Source: Spirochaetota bacterium (GTDB lineage: Bacteria; Spirochaetota; UBA4802; UBA5550). Taken from it: a stretch of DNA of 64,000 nucleotides. Below are positions 1 through 10,164 of this stretch, piece after piece (position 1 is the first letter of the stretch; each line of letters opens with the position of its first letter). A program made the translations under genes and the position numbers. The DNA lies in the NCBI GenBank assembly GCA_963663865.1, contig OY760686.1, forward strand, positions 2,560,001 through 2,624,000, in the 5' to 3' direction. Under the pieces are notes generated by a model. It had not been told where the DNA came from. It did no database searches and saw only the letters and a program-made list of their open reading frames with translations.

Positions 1-2
1 AG

Positions 3-1499
3 CACATCATAGCAGTAAGCGAAGCCGACAGCAACCTGCTCAAAACAGCGCTGGAACTCTACCCGGAATACTTTTCCGGCTGCTCGCTTATAACCTCTCC
101 TCAAAATGCCGCTGAATTTATTGAATCCATAGATCTGAAGCATTTTAAAGGAATTTCACACTACAGCCACAGGCCTTCCTTCCAGCTTGATCCGGATTTT
201 TACAGAGAAATCATAGAAACAGCAAAAAATTCTTCTTCTTCAAAAATCAGCGATATGCTCACACGCTTCGAATTCGAAGAACGCTGGGTCTCAAATATAT
301 TCCGCAACATCCCCTATCTCTTAACATCCTCAAGGATTTCACAGCTCTTTGGAGCGTTTAAGGGTATACCTGGAATCATAGTATCTGCAGGCCCGTCGCT
401 GAGAAAGAATGTGCACCAGCTTAAAAAACTCAGAGACCGGGCACTGATACTCTGTGTTGATACTGCTCTCCCTGTTCTTAAGAAGTGTGGAGTTGAACCC
501 CATATAGTAATGACACTTGACGCCCAGAAACACAGCCACAGGCATTTTAGCGGCATTGACACATCAGGGATAAATCTTCTTGCTGACATGGTCAGCTGCA
601 CCCCGGTAATCCGAGACTTCACGGGAGGCATAATAATCAGCACAACCTCAAAATACTACACCGATACCGCTGGAGCAACGCATAGAGAAACAACACCGGC
701 GATTGACTGGGTGGAAAACTTTGCCGGCCCAATCGGCGACATACAATCAGGCGGATCAGTCGCAACAAGCGCCTTTGATGCTCTCCTTAACATGGGATGC
801 AGCTCCATTATATTAGTCGGCCAGGATTTGGCCTATACAGGACGTGAAATACATTCGAGCGGAACATATCACAACGACGGGTGGCTCCCGGCCTGTACAA
901 GGCTTAACAACCTCGACACCATCAATCAGCAGGTTATTCGAAAAAGAAAGATATTCCGGACAGACTCGGTCGGAAATTCCGGGACAGTTATAACAGATTT
1001 CGTACTCAACCTGTACAAGGGCTGGTTCGAGGATTCATCAGCTAAAACAGGCATAGACGTTATCAACTCGACTGAAGGCGGAGCCAGGATAAGAAACACT
1101 ATTGAGAAACCCCTCGCTGAAATAGCCGGGCAACTTCCAAAGCCTCTTAACAAACCTGAAGACATTATCCGAATGAAGCTTCAGATTAAAGCCGAAGGAT
1201 GTGTAGATTCCGCCAAAATCGCTGTTAGCGCCTCCATCAGGTCACTGGAAAAGCTGAATATAATCGCGGACAGCTCCAATTATTTCTCTGAGCTGAAGGA
1301 AAAAACGGACTCTTTTGCTAAACAATCCGGAATAGCGCCCCTCCTGGGTCCCTACCTCAGAAAAGCTGACATGCATATCAGCAGGCGCGAAATTCCCGAC
1401 GCTGAAGCTTTTAAGATGCTTAAAAATGAAATACTGAGGGCAACTGGAATACTCCGCCGACTGCTGACCGACTGCAGTAAAACACTGAACAAAATCTGA
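3..1499 (+). CDS. Motility-associated factor (Maf/DUF115, MptE-like) flagellin glycosyltransferase family protein, 5'-truncated by window edge
   Basis: Frame of ORF 255..1499 is open back to position 3; motifs IIVSAGPSL, LCVDTA, GGSVATSA, IILVGQDLAY, INSTEGGARI. Confidence 0.85.
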   Translation, partial: HIIAVSEADSNLLKTALELYPEYFSGCSLITSPQNAAEFIESIDLKHFKGISHYSHRPSFQLDPDFYREIIETAKNSSSSKISDMLTRFEFEERWVSNIFRNIPYLLTSSRISQLFGAFKGIPGIIVSAGPSLRKNVHQLKKLRDRALILCVDTALPVLKKCGVEPHIVMTLDAQKHSHRHFSGIDTSGINLLADMVSCTPVIRDFTGGIIISTTSKYYTDTAGATHRETTPAIDWVENFAGPIGDIQSGGSVATSAFDALLNMGCSSIILVGQDLAYTGREIHSSGTYHNDGWLPACTRLNNLDTINQQVIRKRKIFRTDSVGNSGTVITDFVLNLYKGWFEDSSAKTGIDVINSTEGGARIRNTIEKPLAEIAGQLPKPLNKPEDIIRMKLQIKAEGCVDSAKIAVSASIRSLEKLNIIADSSNYFSELKEKTDSFAKQSGIAPLLGPYLRKADMHISRREIPDAEAFKMLKNEILRATGILRRLLTDCSKTLNKI

Positions 1500-1569
1500 T
1501 CAAAAAACCAGCCGTGACAGCAGGTTTTTGCCGATAATATAGAATAAAATCTTCAGGAATTTGCCCTCT

Positions 1570-2400
1570 ATGAAAAAATATATTATTTTCCAGTTGATAG
1601 TGTTGACCGCTTTCCTGTACGCCGGGGCCTCTGAAAAGGAAGTGGACGGCGCCCGCTGGAGCGAATACAAAATCCGGGTAATCGGAGAATCGCATATCAG
1701 GGTCAACAGCGATGGGCGGCCTATTGATGAACTTAGCGGTGAGCCGATTTCGCTTAATGAATCCAGGATACAGGCCCGAAAAAGAGCAAGGCTCATTGCG
1801 GTTGAAAAAATATCCCGCCTTCTGGGAAAACTCACAATTGAAAACGGCAAAACAATAAACACAGTCCTTGATGAAGACATGCAGACAAAAAACAAAATTG
1901 CGATGATGCTTAAAAATGAAGTCTCATACAGGGAATCTCCTGCAGGCTTCAGCGCCAGCCATTGCATTGCTGAACTCTCTATGGGAAGCATACTTCAATC
2001 GCTTCCTCTCACTTACCCTGAAGACAGCTTCCCGGTGCCTTCCGCCATTCCAATTGCAACCGCGTATACATCGCTGATAATCGACGCCAGAGGGCTCGAA
2101 GTTACACCGATGCTTTCTCCCGCTGTTTACGCGGCAGACGGACTTGAGATATATAACCGATACTTTGTTGACCCGGCATTCGCTGTCAGGACAGGAATCG
2201 CGGCGTATGTACAGACAGAAAAAGAAGCATTGAAACATCCGAAAGCGGGAAGCCATCCGCTCATTACAGCGGCAATCGGAAATGTGAAAAGCAATCCGAT
2301 CATCTCGACAAGGGATATAAGAAGAATACTCAGTTCTCCGGGAAATATTATGGAACTAAAAAAATGTCGCGTGATATTCATTGTAGACAGGGTGGACTAA
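1570..2400 (+). CDS. Exported hypothetical protein (LPP20-like C-terminal IIDARGL domain)
   Basis: Signal peptide MKKYIIFQLIVLTAFLYAGA; YTSLIIDARGL...P..Y motif. Confidence 0.55.
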   Translation: MKKYIIFQLIVLTAFLYAGASEKEVDGARWSEYKIRVIGESHIRVNSDGRPIDELSGEPISLNESRIQARKRARLIAVEKISRLLGKLTIENGKTINTVLDEDMQTKNKIAMMLKNEVSYRESPAGFSASHCIAELSMGSILQSLPLTYPEDSFPVPSAIPIATAYTSLIIDARGLEVTPMLSPAVYAADGLEIYNRYFVDPAFAVRTGIAAYVQTEKEALKHPKAGSHPLITAAIGNVKSNPIISTRDIRRILSSPGNIMELKKCRVIFIVDRVD

Positions 2401-2401
2401 T

Positions 2402-3043
2402 ATGAAAGTAATATCCGTAATAATTTCGTCCCTTCTGGGGAGCATAAACAATTCAATTGTGAACATGGACCGAAAAACCCGCCAGTCAATACGCCAGGGT
2501 TTCTTTTTCGGCATCTTTGTTCTTTCCGTTGGTGGTATTATTCTTGGGGTATTGTCAGGCAAAGAGGCTGCTTCGATCAAGGGGACTCCACTTGCCGAAA
2601 CAATGCGAGATACATTCGAATACACTGAAAGCCGTTCCAAAGCAGAGGGCAACTTCGGCGCCATGCTGGAAGGCAGGCTAATGAGTGAGTCCGCGTACAG
2701 GGAAATCGACAGAACCCGGTGGAAGACCAGAGAAGCCGCTGAAATGACTTTCAGCGACAAACCAGCTGAGCCGGCCTCATCCACCCCCCGGAACAACACG
2801 CCAATGAACTCATATGACGAAATAATCGAAGGTAAATATAGACCGGAGAAAAAAGCCGCGCCTGTCAATAAAGTAAACAGAAAAGAAAACACCGCCCCCC
2901 TTGCGGAGCCGATTATACCCGGAGAGAAAAGAGCACAAGAAAGAATTGACAAAGACAGGGTAAGAAGCTTAAAAAGAGACGGTGAATCCGGCACAAAAGT
3001 CCCATCTCAAATATTTGAAGATAAAGGTATAATAAGCAATTGA
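2402..3043 (+). CDS. Hypothetical single-pass membrane protein
   Basis: One hydrophobic segment followed by a polar low-complexity region; tightly packed with neighbours. Confidence 0.6.
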   Translation: MKVISVIISSLLGSINNSIVNMDRKTRQSIRQGFFFGIFVLSVGGIILGVLSGKEAASIKGTPLAETMRDTFEYTESRSKAEGNFGAMLEGRLMSESAYREIDRTRWKTREAAEMTFSDKPAEPASSTPRNNTPMNSYDEIIEGKYRPEKKAAPVNKVNRKENTAPLAEPIIPGEKRAQERIDKDRVRSLKRDGESGTKVPSQIFEDKGIISN

Positions 3044-3942
3044 GATTTATACTTATTGTTATTCCCTTTTTTGTAGCTGCTGTTTCTGTTTTTGGTGAAA
3101 CACGAAACTACAAAAAGACTGAGGATGTAATCAACCGCATTCTTGACAGAACTGATGCTGTACAGGAAAAGTCTCAAACAGAAGGTGTACAGCAAAAAGA
3201 TTTGCCTGAACAGGTTAATGGTGATTCTGATGATTCCGAGGAAGAGAGCAAACCGGAACAGTCAGCTCCCAAAAGTGCCCGTGGAAGGTCAGGACCCTCA
3301 GCGGCAGAGACGGCTCTGCTAAAAAACGGCATCGAATTCTATGAAAGCGGCCTCTTCGATAATTCGCTAAAGGCCTTTGATGAGCTTCTGACCAATTACC
3401 CGTTAAGTTCTTACGCGGACAGCGCCAGAATATGGCGCGGTAAAATCCATATCAGAAAGCATTCCTATGACAGGGCATTAAGTGAATTTGCCCTTATTCC
3501 TGAAAACTCAGGAGAATACCCGGCTTCGCTTTTTAATACAGCCGAGGCTTTTGCCTTTCAGAAGAATATTCCTGAAGCTATTTCTTCTTATCAAAAAGTA
3601 GCTCTTCTTTTCCCTTCTCATGAACTCGCTGACAGAGCGCTTCTCGAAGCGGCTAATCTCTATCTAAATTCAGGCATGGGAGAAAAATCTGTTGAAACGC
3701 TTGCAAAGATTATAAAGCATTACCCTTCGAGGCACACCATTGATGATGCCTACTACCATCTTGCAAGGGTCTATGAGCGTGATCCATCAATGCGCGATAT
3801 TGAAACCGCAAGAGCTCTCTACACGGTTTTCCTCAAAAAAGCAAAAAATGGCGATAAGTTCTTTTCAAATTCGCCGCTTATTGATAAAGTCACCAACGAT
3901 CTTGGCAGAATTAATAAAATCTATTTCAAATTTGAGAATTAA
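3040..3942 (+). CDS. Exported tetratricopeptide-repeat protein (BamD/CpoB-like)
   Basis: Signal peptide; repeated YP.S..AD.A TPR-type motifs. Confidence 0.8.
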   Translation: MRFILIVIPFFVAAVSVFGETRNYKKTEDVINRILDRTDAVQEKSQTEGVQQKDLPEQVNGDSDDSEEESKPEQSAPKSARGRSGPSAAETALLKNGIEFYESGLFDNSLKAFDELLTNYPLSSYADSARIWRGKIHIRKHSYDRALSEFALIPENSGEYPASLFNTAEAFAFQKNIPEAISSYQKVALLFPSHELADRALLEAANLYLNSGMGEKSVETLAKIIKHYPSRHTIDDAYYHLARVYERDPSMRDIETARALYTVFLKKAKNGDKFFSNSPLIDKVTNDLGRINKIYFKFEN

Positions 3943-4002
3943 CCAGTCTTATACGGCATAATCAGGGACTTTCCAATTCTCTTTACAACCGCGGGGTAAA
4001 AC

Positions 4003-4473
4003 ATGGCAAGCAAAGATAAGGAAAAAATCGTAAACCTTTACAGGGACACCGGACTGACTTCCAACATGGAAGACTATATGGAAGCTATAACCATGCTCGC
4101 TGACAAAAACAAGGTAGTCAGGGTAAAGGATATAGCAAAAAAACTCGACATCAAAATGCCGAGTGTAACTGCGGCGCTTCTAAAGCTCAAGGAGATGAAG
4201 CTCATTGAATATGAGAAATACGGATATATAGAACTGACCAATGAAGGCAAAGACATTGCGGACAGAGTTTACAATAAGCACCACTGTCTTTCGCTCTTTT
4301 TCAAGGAGATTCTGTGTCTCAACCACGAGGACTCCGACACCGAAGCTTGTAAAGTTGAGCACGCTCTTGCGGAAAACACATGCGTTCAGCTTCATAAATT
4401 CGTTGAGTTCTTCCTTGAATCAAAGGAAGCTGACGACCCTTGGATAAAAAAACTCTTTAAACGACTTAAATAA
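4003..4473 (+). CDS. DtxR/MntR family metal-dependent transcriptional repressor
   Basis: MEDYMEAI, VRVKDIA..L....PSVT helix-turn-helix, EACKVEH metal site. Confidence 0.93.
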   Translation: MASKDKEKIVNLYRDTGLTSNMEDYMEAITMLADKNKVVRVKDIAKKLDIKMPSVTAALLKLKEMKLIEYEKYGYIELTNEGKDIADRVYNKHHCLSLFFKEILCLNHEDSDTEACKVEHALAENTCVQLHKFVEFFLESKEADDPWIKKLFKRLK

Positions 4474-4476
4474 AAT

Positions 4477-4515
4477 AAAAAAGGGGCTTCCGTAAACAAC
4501 GGCAGCCCCTTTTTT
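4477..4515. terminator. Bidirectional intrinsic terminator between convergent dtxR and fusA
   Basis: AAAAAAGGGGCT..CCGT/ACGG..AGCCCCTTTTTT hairpin with A and T tracts on both sides. Confidence 0.85.
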
Positions 4516-4538
4516 CAATGTGCAGATATAAATCTAAT

Positions 4539-6620
4539 CTATCGGGCTTCGCCTGCCCTTCTCTTTTCCTGGTATTCCTTAAGCACCTTCTCCTGAATGT
4601 CCCTTGGAGCAGGGCTGTAGTTGAAAAACTCCATCGAATAGTTTGCCCTTCCGCTTGATATGTTTCTCAGCTGTGTGGAATATCCGAACATCTCCATGAG
4701 CGGAACAGTTCCGTTCAGCTTCTGAGCTCCCTTTCGGAATCTTCTCATCTCTGAAATCTTTCCGCGCCTCTTGTTGAGGTCACCGACAACATCTCCAATA
4801 TAATCATCCGGAGTGTTAACTTCAATCTTCATGATAGGCTCAAGCAGAGTCGGAGTCGCCTTCATAAACGCTTCTTTGAAACAGATTGAAGCACAGGTAC
4901 GGAAAGCCATATCAGAGGAGTCAACCTCGTGATAAGAACCATCAAGAAGGGTTACCCTTATATCAAGTATCGGGAACCCGGCTATAATACCCTCTTCCAT
5001 TGTCTTGACAATTCCCTTCTCAACAGATGGAATAAACTCATTAGGAATAGCTCCGCCCTTGATATGGTTAACAAACTCAAATCCTTTTCCGTCGTTTGGC
5101 TCAATTCTGATAACTGTGTGAGCGTATTGTCCTTTTCCACCAGTCTGTTTTGAGTGTTTGTAGTTGTTTTCGCACTCGCTCTGTATTGTTTCCCTGAATG
5201 CAACGGAAGGCTCGCCCACAACCGCTTCTACACCAAACTCTTCTTTTAGACGGTCTATGATGATCTCAAGGTGAAGCTCACCCATTCCTGAAATAATAGT
5301 CTCATTAGTCTCCTCATCCTGCCTTACATTAAAGGACGGATCCTCCATAGCCAGCTTTCTGAGAGCAAGACCGAGCTTCTCTTCCTCTTTCTTGGTCGTA
5401 GGAGAGACTTTAAGCTCAATAACCGTCGGTGGAATAAAGATGTTTTCAAGTACCAGCGGCGACTTTTCGTCACAAAGAGTGTCACCAGTCTTTGTCGATT
5501 TCATCCCGATCAGTGCAACAATATCACCCGGACCTGCGACTTCAAGCTCTTCTCTTTCCTTGGCGCGAACCCTCATAATCCGTCCAATACGCTCAGGCTT
5601 GTCTCTTGTTGAGTTAAGAACCTGCATACCGCTTCTCAGCTCGCCGGAATATACCCTTATGAAAGTCTGCTGTCCTACATAGGGATCGTGGATTAGTTTG
5701 AAAGCAAGAGCGGCAAACGGATCCTTTGCTGAAGGATGTCTCGTATGAGTCTTTTCAGGATCATCAACATCTGTTCCTACAACTGCTCCAATATCGAGAG
5801 GCGAAGGAAGATATGCTACAACAGCATCAAGCAGAGAGTGAACTCCCTTGTTCTTATATGCAGATCCGCAGAAAACAGGGGTGATATTTATGGCAAGAAC
5901 AGCTTCCCGAGCTGCTCTGACGATAAGCTCTTCCGGCACTTCCTGTCCCTCAATATAGAGTTCCATAATCTCATCGTTAAACTCACCAAGCTTTTCGATA
6001 AGGTTTACCCGTGCCTTCTCTGCCTTTTCTTTATATTCAGCGGGAATTTCCCCTACAATTCTCTTCTCGTCTTCAAAAGTCACAGCCTGCATTTTAATCA
6101 GGTCTACATGTCCCTTAAACTCATCCTCTGCACCAATCGGATATACGAATGGAACCGGATTAGCGTCAAGGTACTTCTCCATCGTGTCTACAGCCTCGAA
6201 GAAGTCAGCGCCCACCCTGTCCATCTTATTGATGAACGCAATTCGGGGAACCTTGTACCTGTCTGCCTGATTCCATACGGTTTCACTCTGAGGCTGTACA
6301 CCAGCCACAGCGCAAAATACGGCTACAACACCGTCAAGGACCCTCAGCGACCTTTCAACCTCTACGGTAAAGTCAACGTGTCCCGGTGTATCAATGATAT
6401 TAATCGTATGTCCTTCCCACGCGCAGGTTATAGCTGCTGAGGCAATTGTAATTCCCCTTTCCTGCTCCTGTTTCATGAAGTCCATTGTTGCCTGACCATC
6501 GTGAACCTCGCCGAGCTTGCGGGTCGTTCCGGAAAAATACAGTATTCTTTCTGTACATGTGGTCTTACCGGCATCGATGTGGGCCGCAATACCAATATTG
6601 CGAAGTTTCTGTAAAGACAT
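4539..6620 (-). CDS. fusA: Elongation factor G (stand-alone, outside the str operon)
   Basis: [41 protein letters not shown]; 693 aa. Confidence 0.97.
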   Translation of the reverse strand: MSLQKLRNIGIAAHIDAGKTTCTERILYFSGTTRKLGEVHDGQATMDFMKQEQERGITIASAAITCAWEGHTINIIDTPGHVDFTVEVERSLRVLDGVVAVFCAVAGVQPQSETVWNQADRYKVPRIAFINKMDRVGADFFEAVDTMEKYLDANPVPFVYPIGAEDEFKGHVDLIKMQAVTFEDEKRIVGEIPAEYKEKAEKARVNLIEKLGEFNDEIMELYIEGQEVPEELIVRAAREAVLAINITPVFCGSAYKNKGVHSLLDAVVAYLPSPLDIGAVVGTDVDDPEKTHTRHPSAKDPFAALAFKLIHDPYVGQQTFIRVYSGELRSGMQVLNSTRDKPERIGRIMRVRAKEREELEVAGPGDIVALIGMKSTKTGDTLCDEKSPLVLENIFIPPTVIELKVSPTTKKEEEKLGLALRKLAMEDPSFNVRQDEETNETIISGMGELHLEIIIDRLKEEFGVEAVVGEPSVAFRETIQSECENNYKHSKQTGGKGQYAHTVIRIEPNDGKGFEFVNHIKGGAIPNEFIPSVEKGIVKTMEEGIIAGFPILDIRVTLLDGSYHEVDSSDMAFRTCASICFKEAFMKATPTLLEPIMKIEVNTPDDYIGDVVGDLNKRRGKISEMRRFRKGAQKLNGTVPLMEMFGYSTQLRNISSGRANYSMEFFNYSPAPRDIQEKVLKEYQEKRRAGEAR

Positions 6621-6795
6621 CTCATTCCCCCGTGTAAATGTGTTATTTCATTATATTCAAATTTTATTCTAAAACATGCGGCTTTTAACCGGATTGACGG
6701 CAGGAATAACTGCCGGTATTTTTGGCATCTTCATTGCGGGTTGTACATGTGTCAATTTTTTTTTACTATTATTATAAAGCTTTATTGTAGACTCA

Positions 6796-7275
6796 TTACT
6801 TCATTATCGCTGCAAGCTGAAGCTGAACCGAGGCCTTTGAAGAATAAGCTGAGGCCGGGTACTCCTTTATGATTCTGTTAAAAATAACCTCAGCTTCAGA
6901 CTCATAGCCCATCTTTCTGTACATCATCCCGGCATGAAAATAGGCCTCAACACCTGCTTCTGATGTACTGAATTCCTCAAAATGTCTCAGCATCATCTCG
7001 ACTGCCCTTTCGTACTGATATTCTGACGAGTATATACCGGCAAGCCTGGTGAAAGCCTCGCTCCTGTGGTTTCCATGGGGAAATATTTCGAGATATTCAT
7101 GCAGCTCCTGCATGGCCTTATCCTCAAATCCGAGTTTTATAAACTGTTCGGCATTTTCAAACTTAAGATTATCAGCTATCATCTCAAGATTGGGCTGGAT
7201 ATCGTCCTCCGCATAGGCGTTGACAACCGCGAAGAAACATGCAATGATAAATGCGCAGCCGTAAAATGCTTTCAT
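6796..7275 (-). CDS. Exported TPR protein
   Basis: Signal peptide plus TPR-like repeats (FPHGNHRSEA, YPASAYSSKA). Confidence 0.75.
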   Translation of the reverse strand: MKAFYGCAFIIACFFAVVNAYAEDDIQPNLEMIADNLKFENAEQFIKLGFEDKAMQELHEYLEIFPHGNHRSEAFTRLAGIYSSEYQYERAVEMMLRHFEEFSTSEAGVEAYFHAGMMYRKMGYESEAEVIFNRIIKEYPASAYSSKASVQLQLAAIMK

Positions 7276-7304
7276 AATCTCCTCCGATAATATGTCACAT
7301 TAGA

Positions 7305-7331
7305 TTATCGAAAAAACACCTGTTTACTTTA
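7305..7331 (-). promoter_or_regulatory. Putative sigma-28 (FliA) promoter
   Basis: Minus strand TAAA-N15-TTCGATAA, about 30 nt upstream of the TPR gene start. Confidence 0.5.
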
Positions 7332-7423
7332 GCTTTTTCTTTAGCGCAAACGCCCGTTCCATTCGGGCATTTCCGCTAAAGAATAATTTACTGAAGAGGT
7401 AATTTTATACTGCAGGAATCAGG

Positions 7424-8071
7424 TCACAGCGCCCCGGCTACAGCTCCGGCAGCAAGTACAAAGTGTATAAGGGCGCCGGCGAGAATAAAAATGTGAAATA
7501 CGCCATGGGCTCCAATGGTTTCAGGCAAAATATCCGGTTTTTTCAACATATACATTATTGCACCAACCGTGTAAGCCGCACCGCCCCCAAAAAGCATCCA
7601 CAGCTGACCGACAGTCATGGTCTCCTTAAATTGGCCTATTGGAAGAAGCGCCATCCACCCCATTAAAAGATATATAACTGTTGAAAACACCCTTGGCGCC
7701 GAGAGCAGGAAGAGCTTAAAAAACAGCCCCAGGATAACCAGCGACCATTGTGCTGTAATTATGCCTGCGCGCCATCCACCGCTCAAAAAAATATACGACA
7801 GAACAGTATATGTACCCGCGATCATAAAAAATATTGCCAGATGATCAATCTTCCTCCAGATAGAATTCTCATTCTCCGACTTTTTATGCGCGTGATAATA
7901 AGCGCTCGCCGTAAAAAGAAAAACAAAAGAAAGTCCGTAAACCGCAGAAACTGCAAACAAACCGGCATTTCCATGCGAAATATACAAGAGACAGATGAGT
8001 CCGGCCATACCAAAAAGGGCTCCGGCGCAATGACTTAATGACGAGAAACGCTCTTTATTATCCAGTGCCAT
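7424..8071 (-). CDS. Hemolysin III / PAQR family membrane protein (TrhA/YqfA-like)
   Basis: SAYYH, IDHLAIFFMIAGTYT, YLLMGW, HGVFHIF motifs; about 7 transmembrane segments. Confidence 0.92.
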   Translation of the reverse strand: MALDNKERFSSLSHCAGALFGMAGLICLLYISHGNAGLFAVSAVYGLSFVFLFTASAYYHAHKKSENENSIWRKIDHLAIFFMIAGTYTVLSYIFLSGGWRAGIITAQWSLVILGLFFKLFLLSAPRVFSTVIYLLMGWMALLPIGQFKETMTVGQLWMLFGGGAAYTVGAIMYMLKKPDILPETIGAHGVFHIFILAGALIHFVLAAGAVAGAL

Positions 8072-8260
8072 AAATACTCCATAGAAAAATATTATCCCTT
8101 CGATTCGGCGGGATTAACTATACGTAATCTTACAAAGCTATTGACACACATTCACACTGACAGGTTGCATTTTTACTTTTTTTATTGATTAGCCCCTCTT
8201 TGAAACCGAAATTGTTAAGAGGCACTGTTAAATCAACAGGCCGGCACAGGGGGATGCTTT

Positions 8261-8557
8261 ATGAACACAATCGCAGAACTGTCAATCTTTCCAATCGGAC
8301 AGGGGGAAAGCGTAAGCCCTTTCGTTGCAGAGGCAGTAAAGTTTATTTCAAAATCGGGATTAAAATACGAAACAAACCCTATGGGAACCTGCATTGAGGG
8401 TGAGCTCTACGAAGTGATGAATGTAGTCACGGGATGCTTTGAATCGATGAAAAAACACAGTAAAAGAATATATATGCTTCTCAAGATTGACTACAGGGCA
8501 GACAGAACATTACCCATGTCGTCTAAAATACAATCAGTCTCGGAGAAGCTTACATGA
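8261..8557 (+). CDS. MTH1187/YkoF family thiamine-binding protein
   Basis: SVSPFVA, SGLKYETNPMGTCIEGE, KIDYR motifs. Confidence 0.9.
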   Translation: MNTIAELSIFPIGQGESVSPFVAEAVKFISKSGLKYETNPMGTCIEGELYEVMNVVTGCFESMKKHSKRIYMLLKIDYRADRTLPMSSKIQSVSEKLT

Positions 8558-9771
8558 AAATTTCATCGCTGTTAAAAACTACATTGTCAGCATCTTTTTG
8601 CATCCTTTATGCACTTGCCGTCCATTCCCAGCAGAATAAAACAACCGAAGAACAGCCTCTCAAGGCCATAGACACAGACGGAAAAGCGGTAATAAAAAAT
8701 GAAAACGCCAAGGTCGACGATGCTGAAAAGCCTGCAGAAAAAAAAGATGAGGCAGCCGAGCTGGAAGAAAAGCGGATTAAGTACATCAAGGAAACCATCA
8801 GCTTCGGAATCCAGGACGAGCGGCATGACGCAATAGGCAAGATACTGCTAATCAAGAACGAAAAAGGACGCAACGAACTTAACGATATTCTTATATCACT
8901 TCTTAAAACCGAATACAGCAGCGACATAAAGGTTAAGGCCCTCAGTGTTCTGGGCGAGCTTAAGCTTGGCCGTGGAACCGCTGAAATACTCGCACTTCTG
9001 GACGACAGCTCTGAAGACGTAAGGGTCGCCGCAGTCTACGCGCTAAACAGCCTGTCCGCCGTATCCTCGGCCGAGTCTCTTGATAAAACTCTGAGAAAAC
9101 TGTCAATTGAATCAGACTCAAGCTTTCACGAGGCGCTAATAAATGCGCTCGGAGATTTTAAATACAAAGGGGCGGCAGACTTCGCGAGAGATACCATATC
9201 CAGCGTGAAAGCAGCAGATACTCTCAGAGAGAAGCTGGTGCTCTACCTCGGCAAGGTCGAAGATACTGCCTCTAAGGATTTCCTGCTGAAGCTGTTTAAA
9301 GACCAGGACGAAGACATCACTATACGCTCCTATGCGGTAAACTCAATCGGAAAGATTGGAGCTGTTGACGCCGCACCGGACATAAAGGCGGCCCTTAAGG
9401 AAATTGACGACTATCCGCTAAAAAAGAGGCAGAACTATTATTCCTTCAGTATTTACGCCACAGCGGCCCTTGTCAAACTCGGAGACGCAGAGGCTGCCCC
9501 CCGTCTCATGAACTCACTCAAGAGCAACAACGCCGCTGTCAGAATAAGAGCTATCGAGTTAATCAGAGAGCTTAAGGATAAAAGAACAATTGACATTTTG
9601 AAATACAAAATGAAATATGATCAAAACGAAAGAGTCAGAAAGCTTGCCGAAGAGACCCTCAAAGAAATGGGAGTTGATCCTGAGGGTAAAGCGGATAAGC
9701 CAGAAGATGGTTCTTCCGGCAAAGATAAAACTGACGGGACCGGAAATGAAGACACAGTTAACAGGAAATAG
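8554..9771 (+). CDS. Exported HEAT-repeat protein
   Basis: Signal peptide; repeated LLDDSSEDVRVAAVYAL-type HEAT units. Confidence 0.85.
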   Translation: MKISSLLKTTLSASFCILYALAVHSQQNKTTEEQPLKAIDTDGKAVIKNENAKVDDAEKPAEKKDEAAELEEKRIKYIKETISFGIQDERHDAIGKILLIKNEKGRNELNDILISLLKTEYSSDIKVKALSVLGELKLGRGTAEILALLDDSSEDVRVAAVYALNSLSAVSSAESLDKTLRKLSIESDSSFHEALINALGDFKYKGAADFARDTISSVKAADTLREKLVLYLGKVEDTASKDFLLKLFKDQDEDITIRSYAVNSIGKIGAVDAAPDIKAALKEIDDYPLKKRQNYYSFSIYATAALVKLGDAEAAPRLMNSLKSNNAAVRIRAIELIRELKDKRTIDILKYKMKYDQNERVRKLAEETLKEMGVDPEGKADKPEDGSSGKDKTDGTGNEDTVNRK

Positions 9772-9802
9772 AAAAACCACCTACCGGACGAGAGAAATTG
9801 CG

Positions 9803-10156
9803 ATGCTCGCGCTTTTTACCTTCGCTTCTGCCCTCGTCTCTATAGCGGCGATGGATCTGCTTGTGACCCCGGTAGCACTTTTCGCTGTCAACAGGACTGC
9901 TGCCTTTAACTTCGTTATCACCTATATATTGACTTCGTCTATTGCTGCCCTCCTGGTGCTGTTTATTACAGTACGTATTGTTCGTATGAAGCGCAACGGC
10001 CTGCCGGTTAAAAGCATCATGTTGTATCTTCTAAAAAAGCCGGTCAGATGGGCGGGAACGGGCCTGGCCTTTCTTTTCATATCCGGGCTTCTCATCGCCT
10101 CACTCTACATTGTCCTCTCGTGGAACAACGGATTTTTGCACAAAATCGCCGGTTGA
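9803..10156 (+). CDS. Hypothetical membrane protein (about 3 TM; start uncertain)
   Basis: Hydrophobic 3' part of ORF 9617..10156 that fills the gap between co-oriented genes. Confidence 0.55.
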   Translation: MLALFTFASALVSIAAMDLLVTPVALFAVNRTAAFNFVITYILTSSIAALLVLFITVRIVRMKRNGLPVKSIMLYLLKKPVRWAGTGLAFLFISGLLIASLYIVLSWNNGFLHKIAG

Positions 10157-10164
10157 GGTAGAAA

